A stretch of 63,683 bases of DNA, counting the filler, from Dimargaris cristalligena (taxonomy: Eukaryota): assembly GCA_003614675.1 (NCBI GenBank). It is 2 parts of 2 records of this genome, joined end to end, with 100 filler letters (N's around TTAATTAATTAA, not from the genome) between each part and the next. Parts side by side here need not be neighbours in the genome. Positions count along the whole stretch, not along the records: positions 32,091 to 63,683 come from ML002435.1; 1 more part is not named here. One strand, given 5' to 3'. Positions 62,982 to 63,683 of the stretch are shown one piece after another (position 1 is the stretch's first letter; every line of letters begins with the position of its first letter). Under the pieces are notes generated by a model, which saw only the letters and a list, made by a program, of their open reading frames with translations, made no database searches and was not told the DNA's origin. A program made the translations under genes and the position numbers.

Positions 62982-63683
62982 CCAACCCATTCGTCGATAT
63001 AAGACCGCCCTCTTTATTCAACGTGACCCCAAACCAAATATACCGTATATTTTAAGTAAAGGGAAGGGGAAAGAGAGGGTGCTGTTATTTTGGTACTTGC
63101 ACTACCAAGGCCTTCTTGATCTGCCTGAAAATGCTTCAAAGTGTAATTACTACTCCTAGAAAAAGACCCCTTCGGAATGGTAGGTTAATTTTTGAGATAC
63201 CCAGTGTAGCAACAACCATAATTCAATTAAGCAAGTCCGCCTTGTTCGCCCTACCATTAGTTATAGTGGTATTTCGCTTCAGTGTTTATACGGGAGAAGT
63301 CCAGTCCAGTCAAGTAATACTAAACATGCCATATTAACTAGTCACTATTTGGGGTAATTGGGAAAAATCAGTAAAGGCCGATTTAAGCAATGCATTGCCC
63401 AGAAAATAACTTCGTCGGGTACTTGTCATATAAATAAGTCAAGTAATATAGCGGGAAGATTATTTAGCGCTAGAGGGGCACTTGTGTGGTACTGCAGAGT
63501 GCAGGTAACTGGAAGTATATTTAATTACCTGATTCCTTTACTAATTAGAACCCATTTATCAACGTAAAGCACAGCTCCTTTAATCATACTCTATCAATTC
63601 ATTCTGTAAAACCAATTATTCATCAAACAATATCATATATTTTATCAGTCCTATTCATTTCTTTACCAGAAAACCACAAAAAA

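Noticed and set aside
1-63683. CRISPR arrays, operons or other prokaryotic systems
   Set aside because: The sequence is eukaryotic with spliceosomal introns, and I saw no regularly spaced repeat-spacer array.

Overview
Eukaryotic genomic DNA from a fungus: gene-dense, with GT-AG spliceosomal introns of about 100-550 nt and CTAAC-type branch points. Gene style suggests an early-diverging lineage such as Zoopagomycota; this is inference only. An artificial spacer (N44-TTAATTAATTAA-N44, 31991-32090) splits the window, so the two halves may not be truly adjacent. I can support one dispersed 5S rRNA gene and 15 protein-coding genes: a secreted orphan, a GRAM-domain protein, RIX1/PELP1, a small zinc-finger protein, ISN1, allantoinase DAL1, an F-box/LRR-like protein, a gap-truncated ULP2-type SUMO protease, a LITAF protein, CDC24, insulysin/STE23, VPS16, a secreted DPBB/loosenin-like protein, a GH18 chitinase and a YRB30-like protein. 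The most notable non-genic structure is a ~136-bp MITE with imperfect TIRs and 4-bp TSDs. One copy is nested in a ~563-bp solo-LTR-like repeat whose second copy shows the empty site. Both repeat copies lie in 1.2-1.5 kb domains where I find no CpG and where differences are C-to-T/G-to-A at CpG and CpA, a methylation- or RIP-like genome-defence signature.
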